Source: Schizochytrium sp. TIO01 (lineage: Eukaryota; Protista; Bigyra: Labyrinthulomycetes). Taken from it: a DNA stretch of 64,000 nucleotides. Below, one piece after another: positions 13,420-26,500 of the stretch (position 1 is the stretch's first letter; every line of letters begins with the position of its first letter). Below the pieces are notes generated by a model. That model was not told the DNA's origin. It was given only the letters and a program-made list of their open reading frames with translations, and did no database searches. The position numbers and the translations under genes are program-made. The DNA lies in contig SMSO01000005.1 in the NCBI GenBank assembly GCA_004764695.1, positions 682,001-746,000 of the forward strand, written 5' to 3'.

Positions 13420-14331
13420 TTAATGGATGCATGATTCGTATGTGGGAATGAGGTAACGAATATTAATGTAGGCATCGGGTCCACCGTACGTCTCAAACAG
13501 CTCTAACGTGCGGTTGATCAGGTCTCCCAAGTTATCATTCTTTTGTTGAGAGTAGTCGATTGCATCTCCAATGTTAACATTCTTGTTCTTGAAAATGTTG
13601 AACACAGGTAGAATTTGGCGATAGTATGGGACGAGAGCCTGGCCAATCATTCCTCCATCATCTTGGTTCGTGTCAGCAAGAACAAGGGCTTGCAAAAGGC
13701 GAAGGACACGAACCATGACGCTCGGGTCTCGCGTGTTAAGAGCGGTTTTGATGGGAATGATGAGCTGAGGAATAACTGGGAGAACCTTGCGTCCACCAAG
13801 GCTCACCATATCCTTTGCGCCTTCCTCAGCAAGAAAGCTATAAGGCATTTCAACCTCACGCAAACCATCAAAAAAGAGTGGAAGGTAATGGTGGTAGTCA
13901 AGACGCTCTACAGGAACCTTCCAGGCAATCTTTGGTACAGAACCATTCTGATCAACATTGACTGGGAGATCACCGCGTTCGTAGAAGCGACGAAACGCAG
14001 TATTTGGTGGATTGGATCGTTTCTTATACGCCTTGTTGGTCGACTTGATCATGGATTGATTATCAACAGGGATTTTCTCGCCCATTTTACGAGTCGCTTC
14101 AACCGGGCTTCGGCCCCCAGTACCCTGGTTTTTACGGAGAAAATCAGTTGGCATTGGGCGAATAACCTTACGCTCAAAGCTAAAAGCACGAACATCAACT
14201 TCACGTTTTTCTTCTGAGTCGCCAATCTGATCAGGGACGTATGCAGTTCTATCAAAAGGAGAACCCGTTGCAACGTGGTTCTTTTCCCTCTCGGTGAGTC
14301 TATAGTTAGGACGCTTGATTGATTCGCTCAT
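13420..14331 (-). CDS. PACRG: Parkin co-regulated gene protein (axonemal inner-junction protein)
   Basis: Highly conserved [84 protein letters not shown]. Confidence 0.97.
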   Translation of the reverse strand: MSESIKRPNYRLTEREKNHVATGSPFDRTAYVPDQIGDSEEKREVDVRAFSFERKVIRPMPTDFLRKNQGTGGRSPVEATRKMGEKIPVDNQSMIKSTNKAYKKRSNPPNTAFRRFYERGDLPVNVDQNGSVPKIAWKVPVERLDYHHYLPLFFDGLREVEMPYSFLAEEGAKDMVSLGGRKVLPVIPQLIIPIKTALNTRDPSVMVRVLRLLQALVLADTNQDDGGMIGQALVPYYRQILPVFNIFKNKNVNIGDAIDYSQQKNDNLGDLINRTLELFETYGGPDAYINIRYLIPTYESCIH

Positions 14332-14920
14332 CTTCGTTGCTCCAGTTAGTAAAGGTGACCAAATATAGCTCTAATTGCACGAAATTAAGTACTAGAGCTT
14401 GTAGGTGTCGTCGAATAATTGTCCTCTCTCGATACACAGGTAGTTCGCGACAGGGACCCTCCGATTGTGATTATAAAGTTGCACAACCAAACCTCACACG
14501 AGCAGGCGAATGACTATGCAAGTAATCCAATCCTCTGGAGGAGTGAAGAGCGAAGCACCACACGATAATTGCTCACTTGCTTGCAGTTGCCTTTCTGAGA
14601 TATTGTCACTAACAAAGAAAGACAGTCGATAAGCTACGTTTCTGCAGCAACAGTACACAAGCAAAGAACTCTAGGCAAATTTGTCAATGACAAATCAACA
14701 CCTGAGCAGGTTTTACTTGAGAACTGAAATACACACGTACTACCGGATCCATAGCTTATACATAAAAGAATCTAGCGCTTACCTCCACTATGGGCACTTT
14801 GATTCCTTTTTGCGATTCCTCTGTGTCTGCTTGATGCCTTAAAATTGATTTCCTCAACGGATAGTATATTCCGTCTGAGTATGCATGGTTAGTAGTATTT
14901 TTAATTTTTTAATTTTTATT

Positions 14921-14961
<41 letters not shown>
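14921..14961. repeat. (AAC)n microsatellite
   Basis: About 13 perfect AAC units. Confidence 0.95.
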
Positions 14962-14962
<1 letters not shown>

Positions 14963-17534
14963 AGCAACATTTAAAATATAATACGTTTTCTTAGTAAGGT
15001 GAGAACTGATAAATTTGTGCATAGCAGCAGGGCAGATAGAGGGCTGCACTAATCCCCTAACCTATGTCAGACCCTTCTGTTTAATTAAGGAATTATCTTT
15101 TTCCATATTTAAAGACGACGGTCTTTTAAAATATATATAGAATACCCGTGAAGACATTAGTCAAGAGTTCTTTTGTTAGCCTATAAAAGAATACATGGTG
15201 ACTGAGAAAGACAGCAATGTGCAGAGAGACTTCACTACTGACATCATGAGAGACAGAGAAGAATGTTTTGGACGCCAGGCAATCAATTCGAACTGCCTAC
15301 AACCAGTTATATGTTTTATGCCAACAACAAGTTAGGCATAACTAGTTGAAGCTAACAGCCTCCGCATTGTCTCTTTGCTTGCTCCTTTATCTATAAACTA
15401 CTTAACATACTGGATCTAACTCTTAGCGTGGTGATACTTGATTTTTGTACAGCTTTGAATCTACCCTCATGTCTGTCCCTAGAAAGTATAGATGAGGTGC
15501 GGTATGACTGCCGAAAGCATATTTTAAGAGCTTGATTTCGTCTCCAGGTACTGCTACTACGGTAGCTGTGGTAATTAAAGCTAAATGAGGATGTGTAAAA
15601 TTAATCAGAGGACCTTCATGCATGCGCTCTTGGATAAACAAATTGGAAGACCTCACTTTAAGGGGTAGTACTTTCAACGACCTAACTAAAATTAAAACTT
15701 AACATCAGAGTCATCATTTTCAGAGTTGCTATGACGATGAACGTTCAGGTCCAAAGAACCGAAACACATTGTTTTTCCTTAAAAAGGAGAAACAAAAAGA
15801 GATAAAATATATCGAGAGAAATAGATCTCAAAGATTTGGCCTGCATATTAAAAAAACAAAAAATTGCATTTGTTAAATGGATGTACACAATCCAGATGCG
15901 TAAACAAGGGGGCAAAAATAAACTTCTTATGAATAACTGATTACTTTACAAGCAAATTCAACTCGCTGCGCGGAAGGTTCAATTATATGATTGAAATTGA
16001 GCCTTTCGTATTTGAGCTGTGCTATGAACTCGAGATAAAGTTCATATTTTGAAGCCTCAAGAACGACTTTCTCTGAAACATGCAAGAGAATATAGAAAGT
16101 TGTGATACTGAAAAGAAAGTCATGTCTCGGTGTAATGGCCTTGAGGAAAGCACTTCAAAGGGCAGATGCCACATGTGTTTGTCGAGGCTGGTTGCCTGAA
16201 TAGAGAAGCAAGTTGTTTTAACAGTCCCCACTTTTTGCATCTGTCCAAAAAAAATTGTCAGCACCTGATGTCGAGCTTACAGAATGTTGCCTATGTTGCT
16301 CATTTGCACCTGGTGCTAAAAGAAAATGTACCCACTTCAAATACACATGTCAAAACATTACATTCAGGCTAGCTACCCATATCAATGAAAACTAAAGCAT
16401 GCTTGCAAACAAGTTTTGAAAAGTACAGCTTTTGCTTGCCATTTAGTTATGTCAAACACAGTGTAAGTAAGCCCTTAACTACTACACCTGCAACCTACCC
16501 TGTGTTGCGCTTCTATGAAATGATAAATAGTATTACTACTACCCTAGTTATTTGTTAGTAGCACTTAGAGGCAACCCTATCAACCCTATAAAATAAAAAC
16601 ACTCAAGCCAAAGCAATCATTATAGTAGTAGAGGTACCTTGCTCACCGTTGATATTTCCCTACGAAGTCAGAAGCAATTCCTATTGGTCCCTTGATGTGG
16701 GTAGAATTTCAAGCCAAAACAGACGCGCATGCAAAAACAGAGCACTCTTATTTGTTAGAGGCTGCTCTACTATTATCTTGGTTAGGAGATTTTCGTAAGT
16801 GTAAGATTCGATCTGTTTCTTTTAAACTAAAACCGAGAAACAGAACTCGAAATACAAGTCGCGCGTCTCAATTTAATTTGGTATAAGCGACGTTATTTCA
16901 CGACAAGGGGCTGACTGTACGAGGCCAATCACTGCATCGGACTCCGAATGTAAGGTAGGCCCATAAAAAATAGAATTATTTCTGACTATTATTGTTATAG
17001 TAATTATTAGATATTTTTAAAATTAATCAGAAACAAATAATTAATTTTTTTTTTGGAGGTAGTACTATTATTAGTAAGTAATTCAACCGTGTGTGTTAGT
17101 TCTCTGGTCAGTGAGATATGTTTTATCTTCATTAGGCGAGTCCTGTGGGTGATGTAGGTATGTGTGCATAGTGTAACCAAAGATAACGTGGTGCTATTCT
17201 CGTGCTGTTGAAAGAGCAAAGTTGACCAGCACCCGATTCGATTTAAAGAACACTGTGCGCGTGCCACATCTCACCTCCTCAATCAGGAAATAAGGCCCCA
17301 CGAGCCAACTTGCTTATTATTAATCTCTGGATCTGATTTACCTTCCACTGTACGGGTACTTCTGTAGAAAAGTAAATGAACAGAGAAATGTGATTTTCAT
17401 TATCCAGTCTTGCTTTAGATTCGTTGGAAGGAAAGGAAGAAAGAAAGAAAGGAAGAAGAAGAAACCAAAGCCGGATTAGAAGTAGGTGGAGGAACAAATT
17501 CTTCTTGCCCCAAAGATCATATTTAGACTTAACT

Positions 17535-17577
17535 CTTCTTCTTCTTCTTCTTCTTCTTCTTCTTCTTCTTCTTCTTC
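17535..17577. repeat. (CTT)n microsatellite
   Basis: About 14 perfect CTT units; explains the poly-Leu spurious ORF 17424-17702. Confidence 0.95.
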
Positions 17578-20500
17578 ATTTATGTCAAATAATAAAAAAT
17601 GTTAAAAAAGGAACATCCAACCTTCCCTTGTATTTTATTTCATCGTTTATCTGGAGGAATAAATTTAAAAGTATGATTGTGGGAGTTCAGGAAAACATAT
17701 AAGAGAATTCATTAGAGGTCACGGATGTTTAAGATCTTTAACCCTCAAGGTTGAATTAAAAAAGGGAGCTCAATTGTTCGTGTGCGTTCGTCTAATGGCT
17801 GCAATAATTCATTCGGGTACGGTGAAGTTTGGAGCGGGCAAAAAATTCGCAGCACAACCTCAGAAAATTATCTTGAACCCGTACTTTGCTTAAAGGCTAA
17901 TGCTGTAGTTAGAGCTGGCTCTAGTTAGCGAGCAGTACTTCAGATAAAAAAAAATTGAATTGAAAAGTCGATGTGCTGTTTTCTTAGAATTTGAACATCT
18001 CAAGTCTGCATTCATTCTGAGATCAATCCACAGATTGATCAAATTGATGTCTATCTAGTCATTCTGGATTCTTTGCACAAGCTACAGAGTCTGACGATTA
18101 AGGCTTTCATTCACCCCATTATAGATAACTGCTATCTAATTATAGAGATAGAGTCGAACCGTTGCCACGTCAAGAGTATGATTATAATATATGAAGGCCT
18201 AAAATTTCGAGGTTTTGCCATGAGAGAATGGTGAAAGCAAATGAAACATACAGATGCAGAGCTGTGGTAGTTACGAACGTGCGGTAATTGCATGTTGACT
18301 TTCTTTAATCAAGAGTGGTGTTCATTTAAAATGAGAATTATCTAAGAAGGATTTTTGCCAGCAACTTCACTTTTCCAAACTCCAAAAGAAAAGACCGAAA
18401 TGCTAGTAGAGTAGGTCTCGATTAGCCTACTAGTCTTATGATGATGAAACCAAGTTTCATTCGGAATTCCTGAACCTCAATATCTCGCAGCTGCACTGTG
18501 CTGGTTTTCCCCGCGTCAGTCGTGTTTGCTATCTGATTGATCCTAAAACATTGAAGGCAGCAGTTCAAGAATGCCTTTACGAAGAGTGAGTGGGTACACT
18601 GGCTATAATAATGCGGCAATTAGGTATCAGGTGCACTGCCTTTCTGAGTTTCCGATTCAACTGGGTTCTTCCTGCTCGCAGCGGAAGAGGAGCGTCACCG
18701 TCGAGACCACCTTTAACCGCATTACTACTACCTACTTGAGCCAATGCAGCGATCTTTGTGCTGTGTATCATCCGAACAGCACCTTTTGACTGGCGTGTTA
18801 GAAAGGATTCATGAACCAATCATAACTCGTGACATTTAGTCCGAAGAGTCGATACCAACTACAATATTGTAAATTAAGTAAATCAATTTATTCAGCCTTT
18901 AAGGGATTACACAGAAGTGGCAAGACATTTCGGCACAAGGTTGGCTCGCAAAAGTGTTTGTCAAGGATCAGTTTCTCAGAAATACTGTTGAGATAAGGTC
19001 TATATAGCTAAAAACAGCTGGTATAGTTGAGCTGATAAACAGCGTCTACTTTCTAGCAAGAGGCAGTATGAGGTGGCGCCAGAGAAAGTATCTAAATAGC
19101 CTGCATTAGCGTGCCCTCTGTTAAGACGGGAAATAGATTGTTCGTGTTGACAACCAAGTCCTCACTAGATCCTTGTTTCCTTGTGGTGACGACTCGACTC
19201 ATATTCTTTTTTTTCAACGAGGAGGGAAGGTCATCTTTTTTCCCACAAAGTTTGATGACTAAAACTACCTGCAATAATACTTCTCCAAATGATGAAACCG
19301 GCTATAACATTCGCTCTTCAATTCAAAGCCTGTCTTTTATGCGCTGTGTATTATCTTTAGTTTGGAGATGTTTAGAGAGCTGTGCGATTTGGGGTCCATG
19401 AGCCGACCACTCTTCAATTCACATCCAGTGGTAAGCACTTCATTTTCTAGCTTCTCAGTAATGAAAATATTATATTAAAAACATTTTTATATTTTAAGAA
19501 AGAGAGAATAATTCTATTGTCTTATAGTTACTATTCCCATTACCCTGAACAATATTGTGCTTCATTTTTTTAATTAATTAAAATAAAATAAAATCACAAG
19601 GACATTTTCCTTCAAGAATTCTGAGTACCTACCCTTACATTTATCTTTAGTAAAAGGGCAAAAAGGAAATTCATTCTGGTGTGCAACAGCCCTCGAGCCA
19701 GCTACTTCATCACTCGAGTTGATTTGACTTTCGCAGCTACTCACGCAGTCTGGCGAGTCAGAGGTAATACGCTTACCCCTTACCCTTTTGCCTTTTTAAA
19801 AATAAAAGATTCATATGAGACTAACTTTCTCCGCAAACCAAGAGAGATTAATAAAAATAGCAAATATAGTACGTTCTTTGGAACAAAAGAGAAAAAGAAA
19901 GGGAATAAAAGAAAATAAATAAGTGTCCTGTCGAGACCGCGTAGGAAAGTAAGCTTTACACTTACTAATTTATAGTATATGTATTTGTTTGCAGTCCTCA
20001 AAACAGTTGGCCGACAGAAATAGGTTTACTTGCTTCCACTAGGTGCACACTGTTTGACACTGCCTGAGACTCGATGGTTAGTAGGTAGGTATGTAGGACT
20101 AAATGCAGCCTTGGGTAGGGTCATGCTAAGAGTAACAGCCTGAGGATCCGCACACGGCGACGTCACGCCGATCCAGTGGATAACTCCGCGGAAATGTCGT
20201 GTGGAAGAAGCTCAACGTTTCCTTGATGAGATGCTTTCTATAGGTTTCGAATAAGAAACGAATGACTTCTATTAAAGCCATTGATCGTGTGATGGCAAAC
20301 TATTTGTCGTATCTTACGAGAGAGAAAAAAATTCTCTCAACTTTTGAATCCTCCTCTGTGGCGCCTTAAATTAGAACCACACTGAAATTGGAGAATCATA
20401 TACATGATGACACCATATGTCATGACTGAAGCATTCAAGTCCACCCATTTATCCCTTGTATGACTGCACCAAAAGTTTCACGATAGGTACCAAATGAGCC

Positions 20501-23500
20501 TTGCCCCTCCCTACTGTCCTTTCCTTCATAATGAGCTAGCTGTTCTAAGTCGGCTCACCTTGCTGATTGCTCTACTCTCAGGAGCAACAAGATGGTTTCA
20601 TGATCTACCTCGATGCGTTTCAGTAATTGCCGTTCTTCCTTGACTGGTGCGCAAGTCATTGCTTCTAAGCATTCCCTAGATAGAAGGTAGTACTATCCAA
20701 CGCAGTGTGCTCGGTTATGCTTTCAAACCTATCATGGCGGTACTTTGGATGGCCGCAAGATCAATCTTTGAGTTGGTGTTGCTCTTCAGGAAGGACTACT
20801 TAGGTAGGAGGAGAAGAAGAACAAGACGAGCGAAGCAACATTTAAAACTCACGTCAAAACATGGGGATAGAAAAACGTTTCCCCGCATGAATACAAAGAT
20901 TAACCTGAAGATCTTATTGGGTTGCTCGCAGGGCAACCCGAGATGGTTTGCTTATTCTTTCAAGAGGTGCTCCTATTATTTTTCACCATCTACGCATAGT
21001 CTACCTTGCACAAGGATAGAATGCTAAACAACAAATTTTCTGCTGTTCTGAACACACCAGTCCTTAGTAGCTATCTTTGGCATGGGAATTGAGGTTCAAT
21101 TACACTGTCTTGAAGCAAGTTGGAGAAGTACCTATGCTTAAGAGACAATAGTTTGCGCTCATTTTGGTCATTACTTGACATCCAATCAAAAACCTGTATT
21201 TAATTAAGAAACTTTTCGTTTCCTCAAAATATCCCGGACCAGCTTGGCTACAAGGTAGCATACTAGTGTATTTGAAGGTAGTCTTTATTTTGAAGAAACG
21301 CATTACGCACCACACACATTATTCATGAATGGGTGGTTTAGGCAGATAGAAAAGTCTGAATACTCGCTAGGCCCGGCTACAAGCACCGCAAAGTGTTATC
21401 TAGGCAGTTCAAGATTATCATGATTTTCACGCAAGTTGCGAGGTATACTCTGATAAAGCCATCTAAGTTATCATAAGCTCTATTACGGGCGACCCTAGGA
21501 TTTTAGCTGCTTTTACAAGTGGCAGCGCGCCAAGTGAGATTTGGTGAGTGAGATAAGCAGCTTCAGAAAACTTGTACTCTAGAAATTCTGTGGCTCTGAT
21601 CGCGAGGTACCTAGAGACAATCAGAAGCATGTATATAAACTAAATTAATAGGGTTTCAATATGGCTGGTTTCTAATTTGATACTCAGCAGACCTGCGCTC
21701 TGTCCTATCGCCACATCATATCAGTCTCAACAGTAGTAGTACTAGGTATACGGAGGAATAAAAAAGATTGCTAATAAACACCACCTAGCTTGAAAAGATA
21801 GAGGGAGGAGAGAGAATAAAAACTGCTCGGAGCGCGGAGGCTTTTAGAGTTGGACACGCTGGACAGCAGTTGCATGTTAAAATAATGCGCACACCCTCTA
21901 GTAGTTTCTATTAGCTTTCCTCATACTCATAGCCGCAGGTAGATCAAAGATCCCCATGAGGCCTAACAAGCTGACTATTTCGCTTTCGCATGCCAGACTC
22001 GGAGGCGAAATTAAGCACAACTGCACTCGATTATCACCAGCTCAAAGTTAGTCATTTCTATGCAATATAGAGTCCGAAATAAAGTATTAAACATCTATGA
22101 TATAATTAACGGAGTCATCATCTAGCTCCATCGTTGTCAGGTCACGTGTGTATTAAGCATCTGCTTACCGCGAATAACTTTCTGGAGCTTTGATTTAATA
22201 GTACGCTGCTTCAAGTTCTTTGCACTTTGCATTTATAGAAGCTCAAAATAACTCTTTAAGGTAAGAATACAAAAGAGCAGTCCATACTTTCCATATTCTC
22301 AAAGGCTCGAGTTCAAGCTTTCTCCTTAAGGTTGGATGCCGTGTGATGAAGAAATACTCTTCGTCAACTGTTTTACCCAAATAGTCGCGCACGTTTGGGA
22401 CAGGTAAGTTTATAGAAGGAATGAAAATGTCAGTTGTTCGTAAACAATCGATTGCATAGAAGTTAGCTGCTCCAGGTAATAACCAGTATACCAAACCTAC
22501 TTGGCAACGCCGGCTGGTAGATCATATTGAATCCCTCTTGTTATATTAGGTGTAAACAAGAAAGGGCGCACGCCTTCAGTTGTGCCAGCTGCAGGTCGCC
22601 CAATTCCACAAGTATAAAATTTAAATTTAAAAAAGAAGAAAAAAGCTTTTACTTATTTATTTCCACTGCCAAGTCATCATGATATTTTAATTTTAAAATA
22701 AATAATAAAATGTATTCATTTATGGTTTTAATTCCTTTAAGAGGAGTAAAACAGGGCTTGTTACATATATGTAAACTTAAAGTGAAGCTTGTATCTGTGT
22801 ATTTTCATATGACAGACTGAAAATATATTTAGTTAATGGTTCTTAAAATATGATTTGATTCAATCGCTAAAAAAGTAGACTTATTTTTTGAATGATTAGA
22901 TACATAATACAGTAAACGAGGAAGGTTTAATAATAATAATAATAATAATATTTTTTTTAAATAATAAACCATACAAAAACTTGACCAAATCCATGCTATT
23001 AACTTCTTGAAAAGTCAAAGCCTGGCCAATCAAGGTGAAGACACTGCCGGGCGTGACAGATGATTTGTTTGGGCCGTGCTACAGTCATTCAAGCTACAAA
23101 GTATCCGAAACACCGCAAATACTCTCCATTGGAAACTAAGAAAGTACATTAGAAAGAAAGCTTGGAGGAATGCTTCTACTCCAGAACGAATGTTAGCTTA
23201 TTAGTAAACACAGGAAATTATAATCAGCGCCTGGTTAAAACGCATCAACACCGTTTCAACGTGGCCTGGAATAAGCTATCGTTCTATCTATCTACCGAGT
23301 AAACAAGGGAGGTCTTAGTCTAAAATTGGTGTGTTTGCAATGTTCCGAAAAAAAGTAGATTAGTTCCCAATAAAAAATCTGCTAGAAGGAAAGGCAATTC
23401 AGAAGAAACTACCAAACTTATTTCATTGATATATTGTTTGCGTAAAACAAAGTGCAAAATCTGGGTAGTAGGTTTCAAGAGTTGCAGTTGTTCCTATCTA

Positions 23501-26500
23501 CTATAATAAATCCAGAATTGTGAGTACTTGCAGGGTCTGCAAATGGTCAGAGTGTTGAGAGTATGAAATTTCGCAAATTCATATTCTATTAGTTGGTTAG
23601 TGTATCGAAAAACATGTCTTCTGTCGTTTGTTAGTCATTCTATGGATCAGTGTTCGTTTAGCCGAAACATATATATGAAAAAAAGGAGATTTCGAAGTTG
23701 TTTTGCTGTTGATATACTAATAAGATAAGACAAGAGTATGGACAGAGGCATTTATGATTGTTCAGATTAGAGAGCTTTGAATAAATATGGGGAGCATCAA
23801 AGTATCAAATGTGATGCGAAGTCTCTTTTCCTTAGGTTACTTTTCAGGCTTAGATCTCTAAGAATTCATCCTGAGGAGCTTCTTTTTAGGTTCACATATG
23901 GTTTATCTATGTATACATATAATATAGGCGAAACATATAAAGATGACTCAAATCAGTCACCCAGGAATGTGCAGGTTTTAGCTACTAGAGACTCCAAATT
24001 TGTTATTATTATGGGAATTGATTCTCCACATGCTGCTGTACTACCGTATAATATCTAAAAATAAGCGTGAAATTGATCTTTTAGTTGACCTTGATTTCGA
24101 AGTTGCAACAAATTTTAAAACAAGTTAGTCTCTTATGCTGGTGCCATAGTTCAACATTTTTCGGATTCAATTAGAAAGGATAGTTCCTTTAGATTTGAAC
24201 TGCTGTATCGCAAGGTTTGAAGCTTCGGATTAAGAAATCTACTCTAGCTACAATATCTAGGCTACTTATCATGAGAAGCCAAGAAACTTTTGTTGCTTGT
24301 ATAGAGTGCAAGGATCCTGGCCTATTTAATTTAAATGGACAATTCAAATATCAACCTTTCTATGCGTTGAAGACTAAAAAGACCAAAGTTAAGACTGCTT
24401 TCTTGCTGTGTTCTCCTCTCCATAGAGGATTCTTACATATTTTACATTTTTTTTTCTCTCAAAAGTTACATGTGTCCGCGAAATCATCCGTAGCCGCGAA
24501 CGTGGCTTTAAACAATGATGTTCGATTTCACTCGTATCATGTTATCAGTCTATTTCCATGCTTCGTGCCTTGCTTGGAAAGGATAGGCGAGCAGAAGAAT
24601 CTGCCAAGTTGCTGCTATTTCTTTGGCAGAAACCTTCTCCTATTCAACGAATGTTCGTGTTGTACTGCTAGAGCAAAGACACGCTATCTCAGCAGCCTGA
24701 GAGCAGAGTCCAACAAAGAAAACACAGAAGAAAAGTGTTAACTATGAAAGAAAACAAAGAAAAAACTCAAATAGTTAAAATACTAGTTTCAGCATTATTT
24801 AAACAAAAACTTTGAATTCATGATAGGAAACATGATAAAGGTTCCATGACTATTAGGCTTATACTAATGTGTAAAGTTATTATTATTATTAATTTAAATT
24901 AAATCAAGAAAAGGATTTCGATCACTAGAAAATAGCCGAGCGGATAGTCTTGATGAAAGCAACCTTGTGGAGATAAGTTAAGAGAGAGAAGATACCTGGT
25001 CTAAATTTTATAATCCACAAAAGCATCGAAATCAAGAAGTGTCAGCAACCTAAAAAGGAAGCTCAGTTCCGGCCCTAGAGCTCAGGGGCAAGTTGATAGC
25101 TTTTATCTTTCTACCTTTGACAAAAAATCAAAACATTAAAAAGGAAGAATGAAACTTTGTACCTGTCCCTATTTAGTTAGAGCGACCAGAAATATTAGCT
25201 ATGTATACCATAGATTATCATAGAGTATTATATTTCGAATTTATTTTTTCTCAACTCATTAGAAATAAAATTAAATTAAAACTAGTAAAAATAAATTGAA
25301 TAACTGTTAAGAGTAACTACCAAAACAATAGTTATCTGTAAAACAATTATATAAAATCAGAGGAGAAAAAAGTAAATATAGAAATATAGGATATTAAAAA
25401 AACACAATACTTACCTAGTGCACTGTGTTTGTCATTGCGTTCATTCAACATCCCGGGCTCTCCAGATTCTTGTCCTTGGCTCTTAACAGTTGTTACTATC
25501 TAGAACCAATGTGCTCTCGTTGCTCAGAATCAGTGTAGATAGCCAGAAGCCTCCTTAAGATAGAGACGGACTTAGGATGACTTAGAACCTAAAATATTTG
25601 GCAGTGATTTTTAATTAAATATAAAACAAAAAGTGCTCGTGCTATTGATAACTTGCTGAAAGCAGAACTTAAGTGTATGAAATATAATATTGGAAGATTT
25701 TCAGTTCCCAATGCTTTGCTTTCCTCAACAACCAATTTTTCAATGCCTCAGGTTCGTTCAGGATTTCCCGCATAGAGGCTTTAGTTAGCGATGTGTAACT
25801 TACAATATATATATACTTATACATATAGTCTGGACTTTCAGCCTCGCAATAACAGCTATTCGCCTCAAACTACAGCAGAGCATCCATCAATATTGAGAAT
25901 AGTAGAGACGCGGCTTAGGGCACTACTGTCTGGTTGATGTGTTAAAGTTCGTTTTATTTTTATATTTTTCTAAAAGCCGTGCCCTGGTAGAGACTCAAGT
26001 TTTCTATTGAAAAATTCCAGCAGAGTTGTTGCTATCGGGGAGTACACTGTCAGAATTTCTGAAAAGGCATGATGAATGATGAATATCCATCAGGACCAAC
26101 CATTCCAACAAGCCTCTTTAGAGCGTGTATCACACAAGCTTGCTTTATTATGTGTGCAGAATCGGTGTCAGGTGAGTACCGGAGAAAAGATGTAATGCCA
26201 CTGAGACCTAAAACCTGGGTCAGACTTACCGTCATTCAAGCTGCTCGATTGCGTCTCGGCAAACACATTTCAAAACCGAGCTTCTTTATGTCTTGTCTAT
26301 CTGTTGCGGAGCACTGTCGGAAGTGAGTATATAGCTTTTGCTGCTCTTGGTTGTTGTCGTATGTATGCAAGGTGTAGACTATCTTTCTTGTGTCTCAGTA
26401 ACGCAGCCTTGGCAACGGCTCATGAGTCTTCGCAAATGCTCATTGGCATGGATTTAGACGTCTCAGTGCGTTTTAAACTTGCTGCCATATTGGGATCATA

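Noticed and set aside
18422-18619. DAGKTST P-loop-like peptide in a short minus-strand ORF
   Set aside because: No hydrophobic strand plus Gly before it and no downstream NTPase motifs.
24217-24741. 174-aa ORF in the gene desert
   Set aside because: Non-ATG start, Cys/Phe/Leu-rich composition typical of non-coding AT-rich DNA, no motifs.
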